DNA of 64,000 bases, taken from NCBI GenBank assembly GCA_030603365.1, contig JAUVXV010000007.1:32001-96000 (forward strand). Direction: 5' to 3'. A model generated the notes under the pieces. The model was given only the letters and a program-made list of their open reading frames with translations, searched no databases and was not told the DNA's origin. The position numbers and the translations under genes are program-made. Position 1 is the first letter of the stretch; each line of letters begins with the position of its first letter. The stretch is from Candidatus Heimdallarchaeota archaeon. GTDB taxonomy: Archaea; Asgardarchaeota; Heimdallarchaeia; Heimdallarchaeales; Heimdallarchaeaceae. Below, piece by piece: positions 1 through 10,715 of the stretch.

Positions 1-418
1 TAAGAAGTTGTCTTCCATTGTTCTTTATTGCAGAAAAGAAAGGATAATACACTGGAGATTGAACAATTATCTTATCACCTGGTATGGAAAATGTTCGAAT
101 AATTACATTTATCGCAGGAACAATTCCAGGACTAAAAACGATCCAATCGTTGTCAATTTGCCAATTATGTCTTCTTTTCATCCAACCTGATATAGAATCA
201 AAATACTCTGGAGTTTTATGCCAGCTGTAACCATAGATGCCTTCTTCGGCTTTTTTCTTAACCGCATCAATTACTGGTTGTGGACATTGGAAATCCATAT
301 CAGCAACCCATAAAGGTAAAACATCAGCTGTTTCAAAGAATTCTTCAAGGAGAGCTTTATCCCATTTTACAGAATGAGTATTAGTTCTGTCAATGACTTG
401 ATCAAAATCATATTTCAT
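1..418 (-). CDS. MalY/PatB-family PLP-dependent C-S lyase (cystathionine beta-lyase-like), 5' part; runs off the left edge
   Basis: Not in the ORF track. Manual translation from ATG at 418: MKYDFDQVIDRTNTHSVKWD...VLPLWVADMDFQCPQPVIDAV...GIYGY...IVFSPGIVPAI...GDKIIVQSPVYYPF. S-x-KWD, PLWVADMDF and PVYYPF are MalY/PatB hallmarks. Confidence 0.92.
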   Translation of the reverse strand, partial: MKYDFDQVIDRTNTHSVKWDKALLEEFFETADVLPLWVADMDFQCPQPVIDAVKKKAEEGIYGYSWHKTPEYFDSISGWMKRRHNWQIDNDWIVFSPGIVPAINVIIRTFSIPGDKIIVQSPVYYPFFSAIKNNGRQLL

Positions 419-636
419 ATACTTTCAATTCAAAACATCTGAACTATTTCTTAAATATTTAGCAGTAAGAAATCAGGAAATTAACAGTTAGAATCTGTTT
501 TTGTGAAGTTTCATCTATTATTGGATAAAGTTTATAATTTTTAAAGTAGAATTCAAGTAGTTACAAAAATAATTCTTTGGAATTATATTGAGATTATAAA
601 AATTATAATAATTTTCGATATGAAGTTGATAAAAAA

Positions 637-1623
637 ATGAAGAAGAGAGTAGGAATTCCAAGAGCTTTACTTTATTACAAATTTATGGCATTGTGGACAA
701 CATTTTTTGAGGAACTTGGTGCTGAGGTTATTATTTCTCCAGAAACAGATAAGACCATCAAAGATTTAGCAGTAAGCTTTGCTCCTGATGAAGATTGTTA
801 CTCAACAAAATTATTTTTTGGTCATTTTCTATATCTTAAAGATAAAGTTGATTATTTTTTCATCCCAAGATTTGGGAGTGATCATGAGTTTAATGTTGGC
901 TGCCCTAAATTTCTTGGTCTTGCTCATGTTTTAAATTCTCTTTTTCCAGATTTTCCAAAAATCATTATGCCCTATTATTCGCAAGCAAAAGCAAATCATG
1001 GCAAGAGACGAATACTTCGAATTATATTCGAAATAGGCTTTAAATTCTCTTATAATCCAATAAAAATTCTTAAGGCTGGAATTAGAGCTTTTAAAGCCCA
1101 AGCAGAATATGAAAATCAACTTTACATCACTGAACAGCAGTTAAAAAAATGGATAAAATCTAAAATTTTTCTAAATGGAAAACCAAATTTAGAAAATAGA
1201 GAAAAACCTTTGAAAATTGCATTAGTAGGACATCGTTATGTGTTAAATGATGAATTGTCTAATTTAAGTATTAGAGAAAGATTATTACAAGCAGGAGTGG
1301 ATATTATTACGTCTATACAAATGCCTAGAAGTTTAATTGAAAGTCAGATGGAAAAACTCGATTTTAACATGTACTTCAGTGATGAAAGAGAGATTCTTGG
1401 AACAATTTTGTATTTTCTAGAGAATAATATTATAGATGGGATATTACAACTAGCTATCTTCAGCTGTGGTCCTGATTCAATAATTTTAGAATTAGCTTCG
1501 AGGTACTCAAGGAGACAACCTGAAACGCCATTATTACAACTTGTACTAGATGAGCTAACCTCTGAAATAGGATTTAGTACACGCATAGAAGCGTTTATTG
1601 ATATGATCGATAGGAGGAATTAA
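637..1623 (+). CDS. Acyl-CoA dehydratase activase-associated protein (DUF2229-like)
   Basis: VGIPRALLYY start, D-C-x-x-x-K-LFFGH, CPKF, ALVGHRYVLND, FSCGPDS and C-terminal DE...GFSTRIEAFIDM. Confidence 0.85.
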   Translation: MKKRVGIPRALLYYKFMALWTTFFEELGAEVIISPETDKTIKDLAVSFAPDEDCYSTKLFFGHFLYLKDKVDYFFIPRFGSDHEFNVGCPKFLGLAHVLNSLFPDFPKIIMPYYSQAKANHGKRRILRIIFEIGFKFSYNPIKILKAGIRAFKAQAEYENQLYITEQQLKKWIKSKIFLNGKPNLENREKPLKIALVGHRYVLNDELSNLSIRERLLQAGVDIITSIQMPRSLIESQMEKLDFNMYFSDEREILGTILYFLENNIIDGILQLAIFSCGPDSIILELASRYSRRQPETPLLQLVLDELTSEIGFSTRIEAFIDMIDRRN

Positions 1624-1624
1624 G

Positions 1625-2734
1625 CTGCCTTTTACTTACCCACACTTTGGAACTTTAACATATGTTTTTGAAATAATTCTTAGAGAAATTGGAAGAACAG
1701 ATATTATGATTCCAAAAAAACCAACCAGGAAAACTTCTGAACTTGGATCACGTCACTCACCAGAATTTGTGTGTACTCCCTTCAAACTAACTCTTGGAAC
1801 TTTTATAGAGATGCTAGATATGGGGGCTGATGAGCTCGGGATAGGAGGAGGTAATATGTATTGTCGCTTTGGTCTTTATTGGCCAGTTCAGAAACTCATT
1901 TTAGAAGACTTAGGTTATGATTTCAAATTCTATCCTATACCAATTTATGATAAACCGCTTAACATTGTTAAATCAATTCAAGCTGTAAGCAAAGATTTAA
2001 CCGTTTGGGAAGCAATTAAAGCTTTTAGAATGACATGGATCAAAACCAGATATATTGAACTAGTAGACAAATTACATTTCAAATACAGAACTTTGGAACT
2101 TGAAAAGCGGCAAGCTGATAGACTCACAAAAGAAACTCACAGAAAGATAGTAGAAATGAAAGGTTTAGGAAATTTAAGGAGATATGGTAAACAAATTCCC
2201 GAGTTGTTCGCAAAGACTATCGAAATTGATAAGGAAAAACAGAGAAACACTATAAGGATTGGTGTATGTGGTGAAATCTATGTTGCTCTAGAACCTACTT
2301 TAAATCTAGATGTTCACAGAAAACTGAATGAATTGGGAGTAATTACTGAAAACACTGTTTCCTTTGGAATGCTGATCGATTTTGGTCGAAAAATAAACCC
2401 ATTTACAACTTTACACTATCAAAAGGCACGAAAAGTAGCTAAACCCTATATAGGACAAAGGTGTGGGGGAGAAGCTCAAGAAAATATAGGCGATATAATT
2501 CTCTATAAAAGGAAGAAATGGGATGGATTGGTTCACCTATATCCTTTTACTTGTATGCCCGAGATAATTACTAGAAGTATCGCTCCTCAAGTTAGTAAGG
2601 AGTATGATATGCCTTTCTTATCATTGGTTATTGATGAGCACACAGGGGAAGCAGGTTATCAAACAAGATTAGAAGCTTTTGTGGATTTATTACATATAAA
2701 GAAAGAGAAAATTGCAGCTAGAAAAAATAATTAA
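1625..2734 (+). CDS. Partner CoA-activase / 2-hydroxyacyl-CoA dehydratase-related Fe-S protein; probable CTG start
   Basis: The frame is open upstream of the track ATG (1706) to CTG at 1625, with GGAGG at 1613-1617, giving MPFTYPHFG... Motifs: SPEFVCTPFK, CRFG-x-Y, GVCGEIY, PFTCMPE, DEHTGEAGYQTRLEAFVD. Confidence 0.8.
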   Translation: MPFTYPHFGTLTYVFEIILREIGRTDIMIPKKPTRKTSELGSRHSPEFVCTPFKLTLGTFIEMLDMGADELGIGGGNMYCRFGLYWPVQKLILEDLGYDFKFYPIPIYDKPLNIVKSIQAVSKDLTVWEAIKAFRMTWIKTRYIELVDKLHFKYRTLELEKRQADRLTKETHRKIVEMKGLGNLRRYGKQIPELFAKTIEIDKEKQRNTIRIGVCGEIYVALEPTLNLDVHRKLNELGVITENTVSFGMLIDFGRKINPFTTLHYQKARKVAKPYIGQRCGGEAQENIGDIILYKRKKWDGLVHLYPFTCMPEIITRSIAPQVSKEYDMPFLSLVIDEHTGEAGYQTRLEAFVDLLHIKKEKIAARKNN

Positions 2735-2751
2735 GAAGAAAACAATGACTT

Positions 2752-3918
2752 TCAGCTAAGTAGATTAAGGATTTCTTCCCACTCATTCTTATCATGCAGA
2801 ACTTTCAGAAGTTCATCTTCTTCAAGGGTACTTTTGTTGTTGAAACCATATTCCAAAGACATTCTAAGATACTTGAAGGACTCCATTATGTCAGTGATTG
2901 CTGCATAGTAGGTTGATAACCTAAAAATAAACATACTCAGAGGGAATTCTTCCCGGATAATTACTACTTCTTCAAACTCTGGATCTTTATCTACAAATGC
3001 TCTGAGTACCCGTTCATAACACTCTGTTGCTTTTTTGTAATTCTTCTTACTAGCCTGAGTAAAACCATGAACAATCCAGTTATCAATTCTGTTAAAGAAA
3101 CATCCTGCTTTAGTATATTCAGTATGTCTTTCATAACCTATCTTTTCAGCTGCTTTCCATGAACCTATATTATTAGCACTGCAGTTCCAGCCCACAGATT
3201 TATACTTCTTTAATGCATATTCAGCTGTGGCTGAACCAACAATAGAAGCAAATCCTTTTTTCTGAAATTCTGGTTTTGTAGCAATTCCTACTTCTATCTC
3301 ATTATCGTCTGTTAGATATTCTAGAGTGCACCAACTAACTATTTCTTGATTATCTCTTACTAAATAGAACCCTTTATTTTCTTTAAGATGCTCTTCAAAT
3401 GGTAACCAATTCTCTTCTATTTCTTCAATTATCCATTCATAATTACTCAAATGTTTTTTTTCTAACAATGATAGATCAACTTGTTCAAGTGAATAACCTT
3501 TAGGAATGAGATCTCTCCAATTTTCATCTTTGATTTTGGTAATTTCATAATAATACCTTTCATAGAAATAGGGTTCTTTAAGAACGCTTTTCACACCTTC
3601 TAACCACTCAATATTAGATAAATAACAATCGATTTCATGCTGGTTATTTTGTAAAAATTCTTGAATTAGTTCTTCAAAAAGAATTCTTTGAAATTCAGTG
3701 TTAAATTTACTATTGTTAGCTCTTCCACCAAAGTAAAGCCTTGGAATAACTACAATAACAGCTGTTTGAGGTTCCTCTAAGTTATCAACATAGACTTTCT
3801 TGTCTATTGGAGTATGTTCTAGGTGACTTCTATAGATATTTAGGAAGGATGAATCGTGGAATAAATGTCTAACAGAGCGATATTTTTCCTTTGGTAGCAA
3901 ATAGACCATTGAAATCAC
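2752..3918 (-). CDS. GNAT acetyltransferase with C-terminal TPR-like helices
   Basis: IEVGIATKPEFQKKGFAS acetyl-CoA motif, WNCSANNIGSWKAAEKIGY; C-terminal YKKATECYERVL helical repeat. Paralog of 37251-38087. Confidence 0.85.
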   Translation of the reverse strand: MISMVYLLPKEKYRSVRHLFHDSSFLNIYRSHLEHTPIDKKVYVDNLEEPQTAVIVVIPRLYFGGRANNSKFNTEFQRILFEELIQEFLQNNQHEIDCYLSNIEWLEGVKSVLKEPYFYERYYYEITKIKDENWRDLIPKGYSLEQVDLSLLEKKHLSNYEWIIEEIEENWLPFEEHLKENKGFYLVRDNQEIVSWCTLEYLTDDNEIEVGIATKPEFQKKGFASIVGSATAEYALKKYKSVGWNCSANNIGSWKAAEKIGYERHTEYTKAGCFFNRIDNWIVHGFTQASKKNYKKATECYERVLRAFVDKDPEFEEVVIIREEFPLSMFIFRLSTYYAAITDIMESFKYLRMSLEYGFNNKSTLEEDELLKVLHDKNEWEEILNLLS

Positions 3919-3982
3919 AACAAGTTGATTTAAAACAGTTATAAATTTATTGAAGTTAATATCTAACTATATTGAAAGAAGG

Positions 3983-4681
3983 CTAAAGAAAATCAGTCAT
4001 TTGTTTCTGAATATATTTCTTGTAGGTATCTCCCCTCCTTACCCACTCAACACCTTTTTCTCTTTCAGGAGTAGTTGGAATACCCTCACAATCTCTTCTC
4101 ACAATAGATTTTATATCTCCATAACCTTGATAGGAATACCCGTAAGTTTCAACTAATTCAGAAGCAGTTGCTCTAACTTCAGCTTCATTGTAGTGCAAAG
4201 CTGCTGTTAGTGGAGCTATCGCGAATGGATCTTTCAAATCCTTTAATGCAGTTATAAGTGATTTAACAGCTGGTTTACCTATTTTCTCAAGAGCATAAAC
4301 AGCATATTCTCTAACAATTTCATCTTCCTTTTCATCCATGAGAGTTGCAATTAGAGGATCAATAGCACTTGCTTTACCAATTTTTCCCAAAGTTTCTACT
4401 GCACAAATTCTCACACTACTTTGATAGTTACTCAATTCAGCTATTAAAGATGGAACAGCTTTTACACCAAATTTTAGTAGTGCAGAAGATGCAGCAAAAC
4501 GAATTTTCTTATCTTCATCTTTCATAGCAGAAATAAGAGGATCAATTACAGGTTCTCCAATCTTAACTAGAGCGTTCATAGTCTGAGAAATAAACCTAGT
4601 ATTCTTGTTTTTTAGTTCAGAGATTAAAGAGTGTATATCCCCTGAATTTTCAAAATTTTCAATATACTTGTTTACACTCAT
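3983..4681 (-). CDS. HEAT/PBS-lyase repeat protein
   Basis: Repeated ALVKIGEPVIDPLI / ETLGKIGKASAIDPLI / ALEKIGKPAVKSLI units with VR..A. Confidence 0.88.
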   Translation of the reverse strand: MSVNKYIENFENSGDIHSLISELKNKNTRFISQTMNALVKIGEPVIDPLISAMKDEDKKIRFAASSALLKFGVKAVPSLIAELSNYQSSVRICAVETLGKIGKASAIDPLIATLMDEKEDEIVREYAVYALEKIGKPAVKSLITALKDLKDPFAIAPLTAALHYNEAEVRATASELVETYGYSYQGYGDIKSIVRRDCEGIPTTPEREKGVEWVRRGDTYKKYIQKQMTDFL

Positions 4682-4862
4682 AGCTAGCCCTACTGAGGAA
4701 CTAAAGTTTGAACCTTAACACAAACAGAAGAAATAGTGAATATAAAAAGTATTTCCCTATATATAAAGAAATGAAATACTGTCTTACAAATCTAAAAAAT
4801 TCTTCTTTCAGAAATTTTTATATTTGAGAACTAATTAATCTATGTGTTTGAGGAAATTCTAA

Positions 4863-7160
4863 ATGTCTGAAGATATTAATGAATTGTATAACAATGTTGA
4901 ATATCTTTTTAGAGATGGTCAGTATGCAGAGGCATTATACAAAATAAACGAATCTTTGGACTATCTATGGCAAGTAAAGTTCAGTCCTCAAGTTATTCTC
5001 AGACTGACTGCTCTAAAATTATCAGTTTTAGTAAAATTAAAAGAATATGATAAAGCAGTTGAACTAGCAGATGATTTATTAGATCAATGTTCTGATCTGG
5101 ATCTAAAACACATTATAATAGATACTTTACTTGATAAAGCAGAAATTTATATCGACCTAAGAGATAAAAACGAAACAGAGAAGGTTCTGGAAGAAGCAAC
5201 AAGATTAATAGAAGATACTAGAGGCATTGATAAAGAGCTTTACATTGAAAATGTTGCAAAACTTAATATTGTTGTTGGGAAGCACAAAATATCATTGAAT
5301 CAATTTTTCAGATCAATTGATAATTTCGAAGAAAGTTTGAAAAAATATAGACAAATTAGTAATCTCTATGGAATTTCAACAAGTCTCTATTATCTTGGTA
5401 GAGCGCTTTATTTGTCTGGAGAATTCGAAACTGCTGAGAATTTCTGGGATCAAAGTTTTGAAATGTTTCAAGATTTGGGATATAAAAGACCTCTAGTTGA
5501 CTATTACATTGGTAAAGCAGGGATATTCTTCAATAAAGGTCTTCTTAGTCAAGCCTTAGAAACTATAGGAAAAGCGACCATACTTTGCGAAGAATTAGGT
5601 GATGATCTATCTTTAGCTAAAATATATCACAGAACTGGATATATCTACAAAGCTTCTAGTAATTATGATAAATCTCTTGAATATATTTTAAAAAGTAAGA
5701 CTTTTTTTGAAAAGATGGATTTGGAACATGAAGTCGCGAAAACATATTTGGATATAGCAGGAATTTACCGAAATACAGGCAATTATAATCTAGCTCTTAA
5801 TCATCTTAATCAACATTTACAAATAAAAAGAAAGTTGGATGATGAATTAGGAGTAACAATTGCATTATGTTCAATGGGAAGAATTCACTTGATTTTAGGA
5901 AATCTTGAAGTAGCAGAAAAATGTTATATTAATGCTCTAGAAATTGCTATGAATCATGGAAGGCAAGAAACCCTGAGTAATGTTTATTTTAGTTTGGGTG
6001 ATTTTTATTACCTTCTTGGTGATTTGGAGAAATCGTCTAAGAACTATCTACAGAGTCTCCAAATTAGAGAGAAGATAAATAAAGTGTTTCTTATAGCATC
6101 ATCCCTTAAGTCCTTAATTAGTATAAATTTAGATTTAAAATTAAATAAACTAGCAGAAGGATTTCTTCAAAATCTTAAGAAATTATCTGAAACAACAGAA
6201 AACCTCAGTATTAATCAGATGTATAGGCTAGCTGAAGCAATCTACACAAAAACCACTGGTTCAGTAAGAGAAAGACAAAAAGCTTCAGTTATTTTAGAGC
6301 ACATTGCTCAAGAAGAAGTTATTGATTATATGATTAAAATTGAAGCATTATTACATTTGAGTGAATGGTTACTCTGGGAAATATCTCAAACAGAAAATGA
6401 AGAAATATTAGAGGAAATTAATGTACATCTAGAAGCATTAGAGAAAATCGCTCGAAGCCAAAATATGTATCCACTTCTAGCGGAATCATTACTTCTACAA
6501 GCTGAATTATCATTAATTGAGTTGAAAGTAGAAAAGGCAAGAGAAATCTTTGCCGAAGGATTAAGACTTGCAGAAAGTAAAGGTTTAAGAAAATTAGCAA
6601 TTAAAATTTCTAATGAATATGATCAGCTTCTAGATCAACTAGGTTTGTGGGAAGAATTTACATTAAGGTTACCATCTATTGCAGAAAAACTAGAACTTTC
6701 ACATATTGAAGAAAGATTGAATGAAGTAGTTAAGAAGAGATCTGCACTTAGTAGAGGTGTTGAAGCAGAAGAAGAACAACCAGTAATGTTTATGATCTTC
6801 TCAACCGAAAGCTCAATTCTCTTTTCTGAATATTTTGAAGAATTTGATGGTCATCAAATATCAACAAAAATCTTGCAAACATTAAAAGATTATACAATTG
6901 AATTAAAAGAAAACAAAGAAGAAAGAATACGTCTTGAGGATTATACTATTCTTTTTCAGAGCTTTAAATCCATCGTACTATGTTATGTATATATTGGAAA
7001 ATCTTACCTAGCAACACAAAAACTAGCAGAGTTTTGTAAATTATTAAGCAAATCAAAGAAAACACTAGATAAATTGCTCATCGCAGAAAAAAACAATACA
7101 AGTCTACAATATGAAGAAAGAGTTGAAATCTCTAAATTTATAGATGAAATATTCTCATAA
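4863..7160 (+). CDS. TPR-array protein with C-terminal longin-like domain
   Basis: Many ~40-aa TPR units (G..Y...G.Y..AL.Y...SL.I), a helical block LLAESLLLQAELSL...KGLRKLAIKISNEYD shared with 38607, and a C-terminal alpha/beta domain EEQPVMFMIFS...LCYVYIGKSY. Confidence 0.8.
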   Translation: MSEDINELYNNVEYLFRDGQYAEALYKINESLDYLWQVKFSPQVILRLTALKLSVLVKLKEYDKAVELADDLLDQCSDLDLKHIIIDTLLDKAEIYIDLRDKNETEKVLEEATRLIEDTRGIDKELYIENVAKLNIVVGKHKISLNQFFRSIDNFEESLKKYRQISNLYGISTSLYYLGRALYLSGEFETAENFWDQSFEMFQDLGYKRPLVDYYIGKAGIFFNKGLLSQALETIGKATILCEELGDDLSLAKIYHRTGYIYKASSNYDKSLEYILKSKTFFEKMDLEHEVAKTYLDIAGIYRNTGNYNLALNHLNQHLQIKRKLDDELGVTIALCSMGRIHLILGNLEVAEKCYINALEIAMNHGRQETLSNVYFSLGDFYYLLGDLEKSSKNYLQSLQIREKINKVFLIASSLKSLISINLDLKLNKLAEGFLQNLKKLSETTENLSINQMYRLAEAIYTKTTGSVRERQKASVILEHIAQEEVIDYMIKIEALLHLSEWLLWEISQTENEEILEEINVHLEALEKIARSQNMYPLLAESLLLQAELSLIELKVEKAREIFAEGLRLAESKGLRKLAIKISNEYDQLLDQLGLWEEFTLRLPSIAEKLELSHIEERLNEVVKKRSALSRGVEAEEEQPVMFMIFSTESSILFSEYFEEFDGHQISTKILQTLKDYTIELKENKEERIRLEDYTILFQSFKSIVLCYVYIGKSYLATQKLAEFCKLLSKSKKTLDKLLIAEKNNTSLQYEERVEISKFIDEIFS

Positions 7161-7178
7161 AAAAAAGAGAGAAAAAAA

Positions 7179-8093
7179 CTAAATATTCGTAATTTTTTTT
7201 CTTCTTTTTTTGAGGATTACACAAAATACTGTTACCATTAGTCCTAGGAAGACTGAAATGAATTCATAATCAGTTTCACCTACTGGAGGATATGCTAAAC
7301 CGGTTACCGTAACATTACCTATTACTCCGGCATTACTACCTGCTTGAACAGAGTATTTTGATGGGGTACTAGCAAAACCAGATAATGTAGTATCTACACC
7401 AGAGTATGTATCATTTACTGTATGGGTTATATTATTGCAGCATTCAAATTCTTTCAATTCAATATGTATCCATGGAGTTGTAGTGTAGCCAACATTAGCT
7501 TTTAATTTAGGATTTTCCGTTGGTTTCTCACTATTATCTTTTGAGAGTGGTAGTGGCCAATCCCAACAATCTTCATCATCACAAAAACCAAATGAACTAA
7601 ATGTCGTAAATCCTAACCCAAGAGTATTTAGAGATAGTGGAAATATTGTTGTATCAGCGTTATTAGAAGCATTAACATAAATAGTGTTATGGTGACCTAC
7701 TGTAAAGTTTTCATGTGCATCAAAACTGAATTCAAATATGTTATATGTATTAGGGTCTGGGGGTTCATAATTATTTCCAGTTCTTGTCCCAGGTACTTCT
7801 GAACCTGCTATTCCTTCTATTGCAAAGTGATATTCAAATAGTCTGTCATCAAAGTCATTTATAGATACATTAACTTGGGATAGTTTAGACACAGAATCAT
7901 ATATTGTACAATATATCCACCCAGTTAGAAGGAATTTTTCAAGGTTTAAGGTTATATTAGGTGCGATCCAATCAACAACTTGGAAGGTTGAAGGACGTTC
8001 TGGTTGAATATCAAAAGCTATAGAATTAGTGGGAGAGAAAATACTAATTGATAACATAAGAAAACATAATAAAAAGCTTGCTTTTTTTATCAT
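7179..8093 (-). CDS. Secreted/surface protein with C-terminal TM anchor and basic tail
   Basis: N-terminal signal peptide (MIKKASFLLCFLMLSI), paired Cys, C-terminal hydrophobic helix followed by KKRRKK. Confidence 0.7.
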   Translation of the reverse strand: MIKKASFLLCFLMLSISIFSPTNSIAFDIQPERPSTFQVVDWIAPNITLNLEKFLLTGWIYCTIYDSVSKLSQVNVSINDFDDRLFEYHFAIEGIAGSEVPGTRTGNNYEPPDPNTYNIFEFSFDAHENFTVGHHNTIYVNASNNADTTIFPLSLNTLGLGFTTFSSFGFCDDEDCWDWPLPLSKDNSEKPTENPKLKANVGYTTTPWIHIELKEFECCNNITHTVNDTYSGVDTTLSGFASTPSKYSVQAGSNAGVIGNVTVTGLAYPPVGETDYEFISVFLGLMVTVFCVILKKRRKKITNI

Positions 8094-8386
8094 TGCAAAA
8101 AATATGTAATGATTCCTTCTACTTAAACTTTGTTAGAATTGGCAGATTTATTAGGTTTCAGAGCATAAAATAGCACTTTTAGTTTGATTTTCAAAAAATG
8201 AATTAGAATTCACTTGAAATTCAAGAAATACTTGAGCTCTGTATAATTCATACCACATTTATTTTGCTATTCAGTTGAATCCATATTAAAACAAAAATTA
8301 GGTGTTGGAAAAGTACTTAGAAAGATAATGTTTTACGCAATTTTTAAATCAATTAATATTATATAGATGAAATTAGAGGAGTTATC

Positions 8387-9124
8387 ATGCATTCAGATTT
8401 TGAAAAACTCTTTAGTCAAGCAGATAATTTTTATAAAAAAGGAAAGTTTCAAGATGCAATAATTCAATTAGATAGAATTTTATCTGTTTCATCTTTAAGG
8501 ATAAAAGAAAAATTAGCTACAAAATTCCTAAAGACTCTCTCCTTAACTCAACAAAAAGAGTATGACAAAGCAATAATTATAGCAGATTCTATTATTGAAG
8601 AGAGTAAAAAGAATAAGCTTGATCTTTACTCAGTGGATGGTATTTTAGCGAAAGCTGCTATTGAAAACGATCGAAGAAAAATGCGCCAGAGCCTTAAGCT
8701 GATTAAGAATGCAGAAAAAATACTTAATGGCATTCAAAATAAATCGCTAGATAGTTTAAGAATTCGGCAATCTAATTTGCTTAAAATTAAGGGGTGGAGT
8801 TATCTATATAATAATCAAATAAGTAAATCTCTTGACTGTTTTGAACAGAGAATCGATTTAAGTAGAAAATCTGGAGATAAATTCGAAATAGGTGAATCAT
8901 TAAACGATACTGGTGTTGCACTAACAATTTTAGGAGAGAGAGATACAGCTTTAAAGTTTCACATGCAAGCCGTGAAACTATTTGAAATGCTAGGTTTGAA
9001 GCGCCATTTGGCAATAACTTACAATTATATCTCAAATATCTATCACAATGGTGGTGCAACTGAAGAAGCTTTAAACTATGAAAGGAAATATAATTCAACC
9101 AGAAATTCAATTAAAGAAAATTAA
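8387..9124 (+). CDS. Short TPR protein (resembles the N-terminal part of the large TPR paralogs)
   Basis: TPR motifs (GESLNDTGVA...ALKFHMQA; AITYNYISNIY...EEALNY). N-terminus similar to the 4863 and 38607 proteins. Preceded by AGAGGAG. Confidence 0.78.
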   Translation: MHSDFEKLFSQADNFYKKGKFQDAIIQLDRILSVSSLRIKEKLATKFLKTLSLTQQKEYDKAIIIADSIIEESKKNKLDLYSVDGILAKAAIENDRRKMRQSLKLIKNAEKILNGIQNKSLDSLRIRQSNLLKIKGWSYLYNNQISKSLDCFEQRIDLSRKSGDKFEIGESLNDTGVALTILGERDTALKFHMQAVKLFEMLGLKRHLAITYNYISNIYHNGGATEEALNYERKYNSTRNSIKEN

Positions 9125-10632
9125 TTTTTAGCTTTTGTTAGATTTATGGTAAAAACTGAACCCTTTGGAATATTATCTTCAACTGTAATTGATCCACCAT
9201 AAGACTGCAAGACTATTTTTACTAAATACAATCCCATACCGCTAAGCCCTTTGTCAGATCCTCTATAGCCTTGTTGAAAAATAAGTTCCTTTTCTTCATT
9301 AGAAATGCCCTTTCCATTATCTTTTATTTTCACCATAATTTTTCCGTTCTCCTGAATAGTTTCAATTTCCACTTTGACACCTTCTCCACCATGTTGGAAA
9401 GCATTTTGAATCACATTGAAAACAATAGGATAGAGAAGTCTATTGGCATTAACCTTTACATCTTTTGGGAGAGAGATAATTTCAATATTGGTGAAGGATT
9501 CAGTTACATTATAAATAGGGCTCAAATCAATTGGTTGTATTGCTAGAGATCCCAGAAGCATAGATTCGGATTTAAGAGAATCTAACCTTTCTGCAACTGT
9601 GTTAGTTCTTCTAACCACTCTATCTAAATAGTCTTTCTTTCCTGTTTCTAGAAAAAGATCTATACCACTCTGAATAACTACTAAATCGTTGAGTAAATCA
9701 TGTCTTAGTAAAGAAGTAACAGTCACTAAATCTTTAGCAAATACATTCATATCTTCATAGAGTGACTGATATTGTCTTCTTTCTATATCCAATTCTTTCA
9801 CAGAAATTGGTTTTTCATATTTTTCAAATATTGTAATTAAACCGATTAAGAATATCGCGTAACCCACACAATGAAGGTAATCAGAAATCTTCCCTATTTC
9901 GTAAGTATTATCTGCTATAAGGTAACTTTTAGTAGCATCACCAGCAAGCTTGAAAATCCATCCTCCTGCAATTAACAGCCAGAAGTAAGGCTTTCTTATT
10001 TTCCACTGAAGATATACAAAGATGGCAGAAATTGCAAGTATATCTATATCTATAATAATAACAGCAAGTGTGAAAATAAACTGTGCATACTGCCCCTCCT
10101 GAATGAAAACTTGACTGAATTTTGTAATTGCAGGAGAGAGAATAAGTAGAGCAAGAACAGTAATCAACAAGCTAATAAGTTTAACGTTTCTAGAAACATG
10201 TTTTTCTGCAGGTCTAATCTGAGTGATAAGTCGAATATAAAGAGGTAAGAGTCCTACTACGGAAAATATTATAATAGTCATATCTAAAATAGCGAAATTA
10301 TGATCAGACAATATTTCAGAAATTGAATCCAATAGTAAGAAATGAGATAAGACTTCAGAAACAAAGAGAAGAATTAAAGTGATTGTTAAAGGAATCAAGT
10401 ACTTTCTATTTGTTTTATCTTTGCTTCTTGTAAGAAGAATCGCAACAATTACTGCGAAGAGAAGAAAAATACTTTTCAAAACAGGAACATAGAAGAACTT
10501 AACTTCAGGTGTGAAGAAGAGAGGTAGAAAACAGAGAATAAGTGATAAACCTCCTATTATTGAACTAAGGTTCCTCATCCTATTCTCTCTCATATATAAA
10601 GAATCGACAACATTGGTTTTAACTTTAAGCAT
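9121..10632 (-). CDS. Membrane sensor histidine kinase (multi-TM input, HisKA and HATPase_c)
   Basis: About 8 hydrophobic segments, H-box LRHDLLNDL, N-box NVIQNAFQH, G1 DNGKGI, G2 GMGLYLV. The start may be a downstream ATG. Confidence 0.9.
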   Translation of the reverse strand: MLKVKTNVVDSLYMRENRMRNLSSIIGGLSLILCFLPLFFTPEVKFFYVPVLKSIFLLFAVIVAILLTRSKDKTNRKYLIPLTITLILLFVSEVLSHFLLLDSISEILSDHNFAILDMTIIIFSVVGLLPLYIRLITQIRPAEKHVSRNVKLISLLITVLALLILSPAITKFSQVFIQEGQYAQFIFTLAVIIIDIDILAISAIFVYLQWKIRKPYFWLLIAGGWIFKLAGDATKSYLIADNTYEIGKISDYLHCVGYAIFLIGLITIFEKYEKPISVKELDIERRQYQSLYEDMNVFAKDLVTVTSLLRHDLLNDLVVIQSGIDLFLETGKKDYLDRVVRRTNTVAERLDSLKSESMLLGSLAIQPIDLSPIYNVTESFTNIEIISLPKDVKVNANRLLYPIVFNVIQNAFQHGGEGVKVEIETIQENGKIMVKIKDNGKGISNEEKELIFQQGYRGSDKGLSGMGLYLVKIVLQSYGGSITVEDNIPKGSVFTINLTKAKN

Positions 10633-10715
10633 GAATGCAAGTAGGATTACTAAGCTAACTATGCAAAAATTAATAATGATTCTGAAGAATTTACCACATC
10701 TAAAAGTGAGAAAAA

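Noticed and set aside
8-190. 60-aa plus-strand ORF
   Set aside because: Antisense shadow of the MalY/PatB gene on the minus strand.
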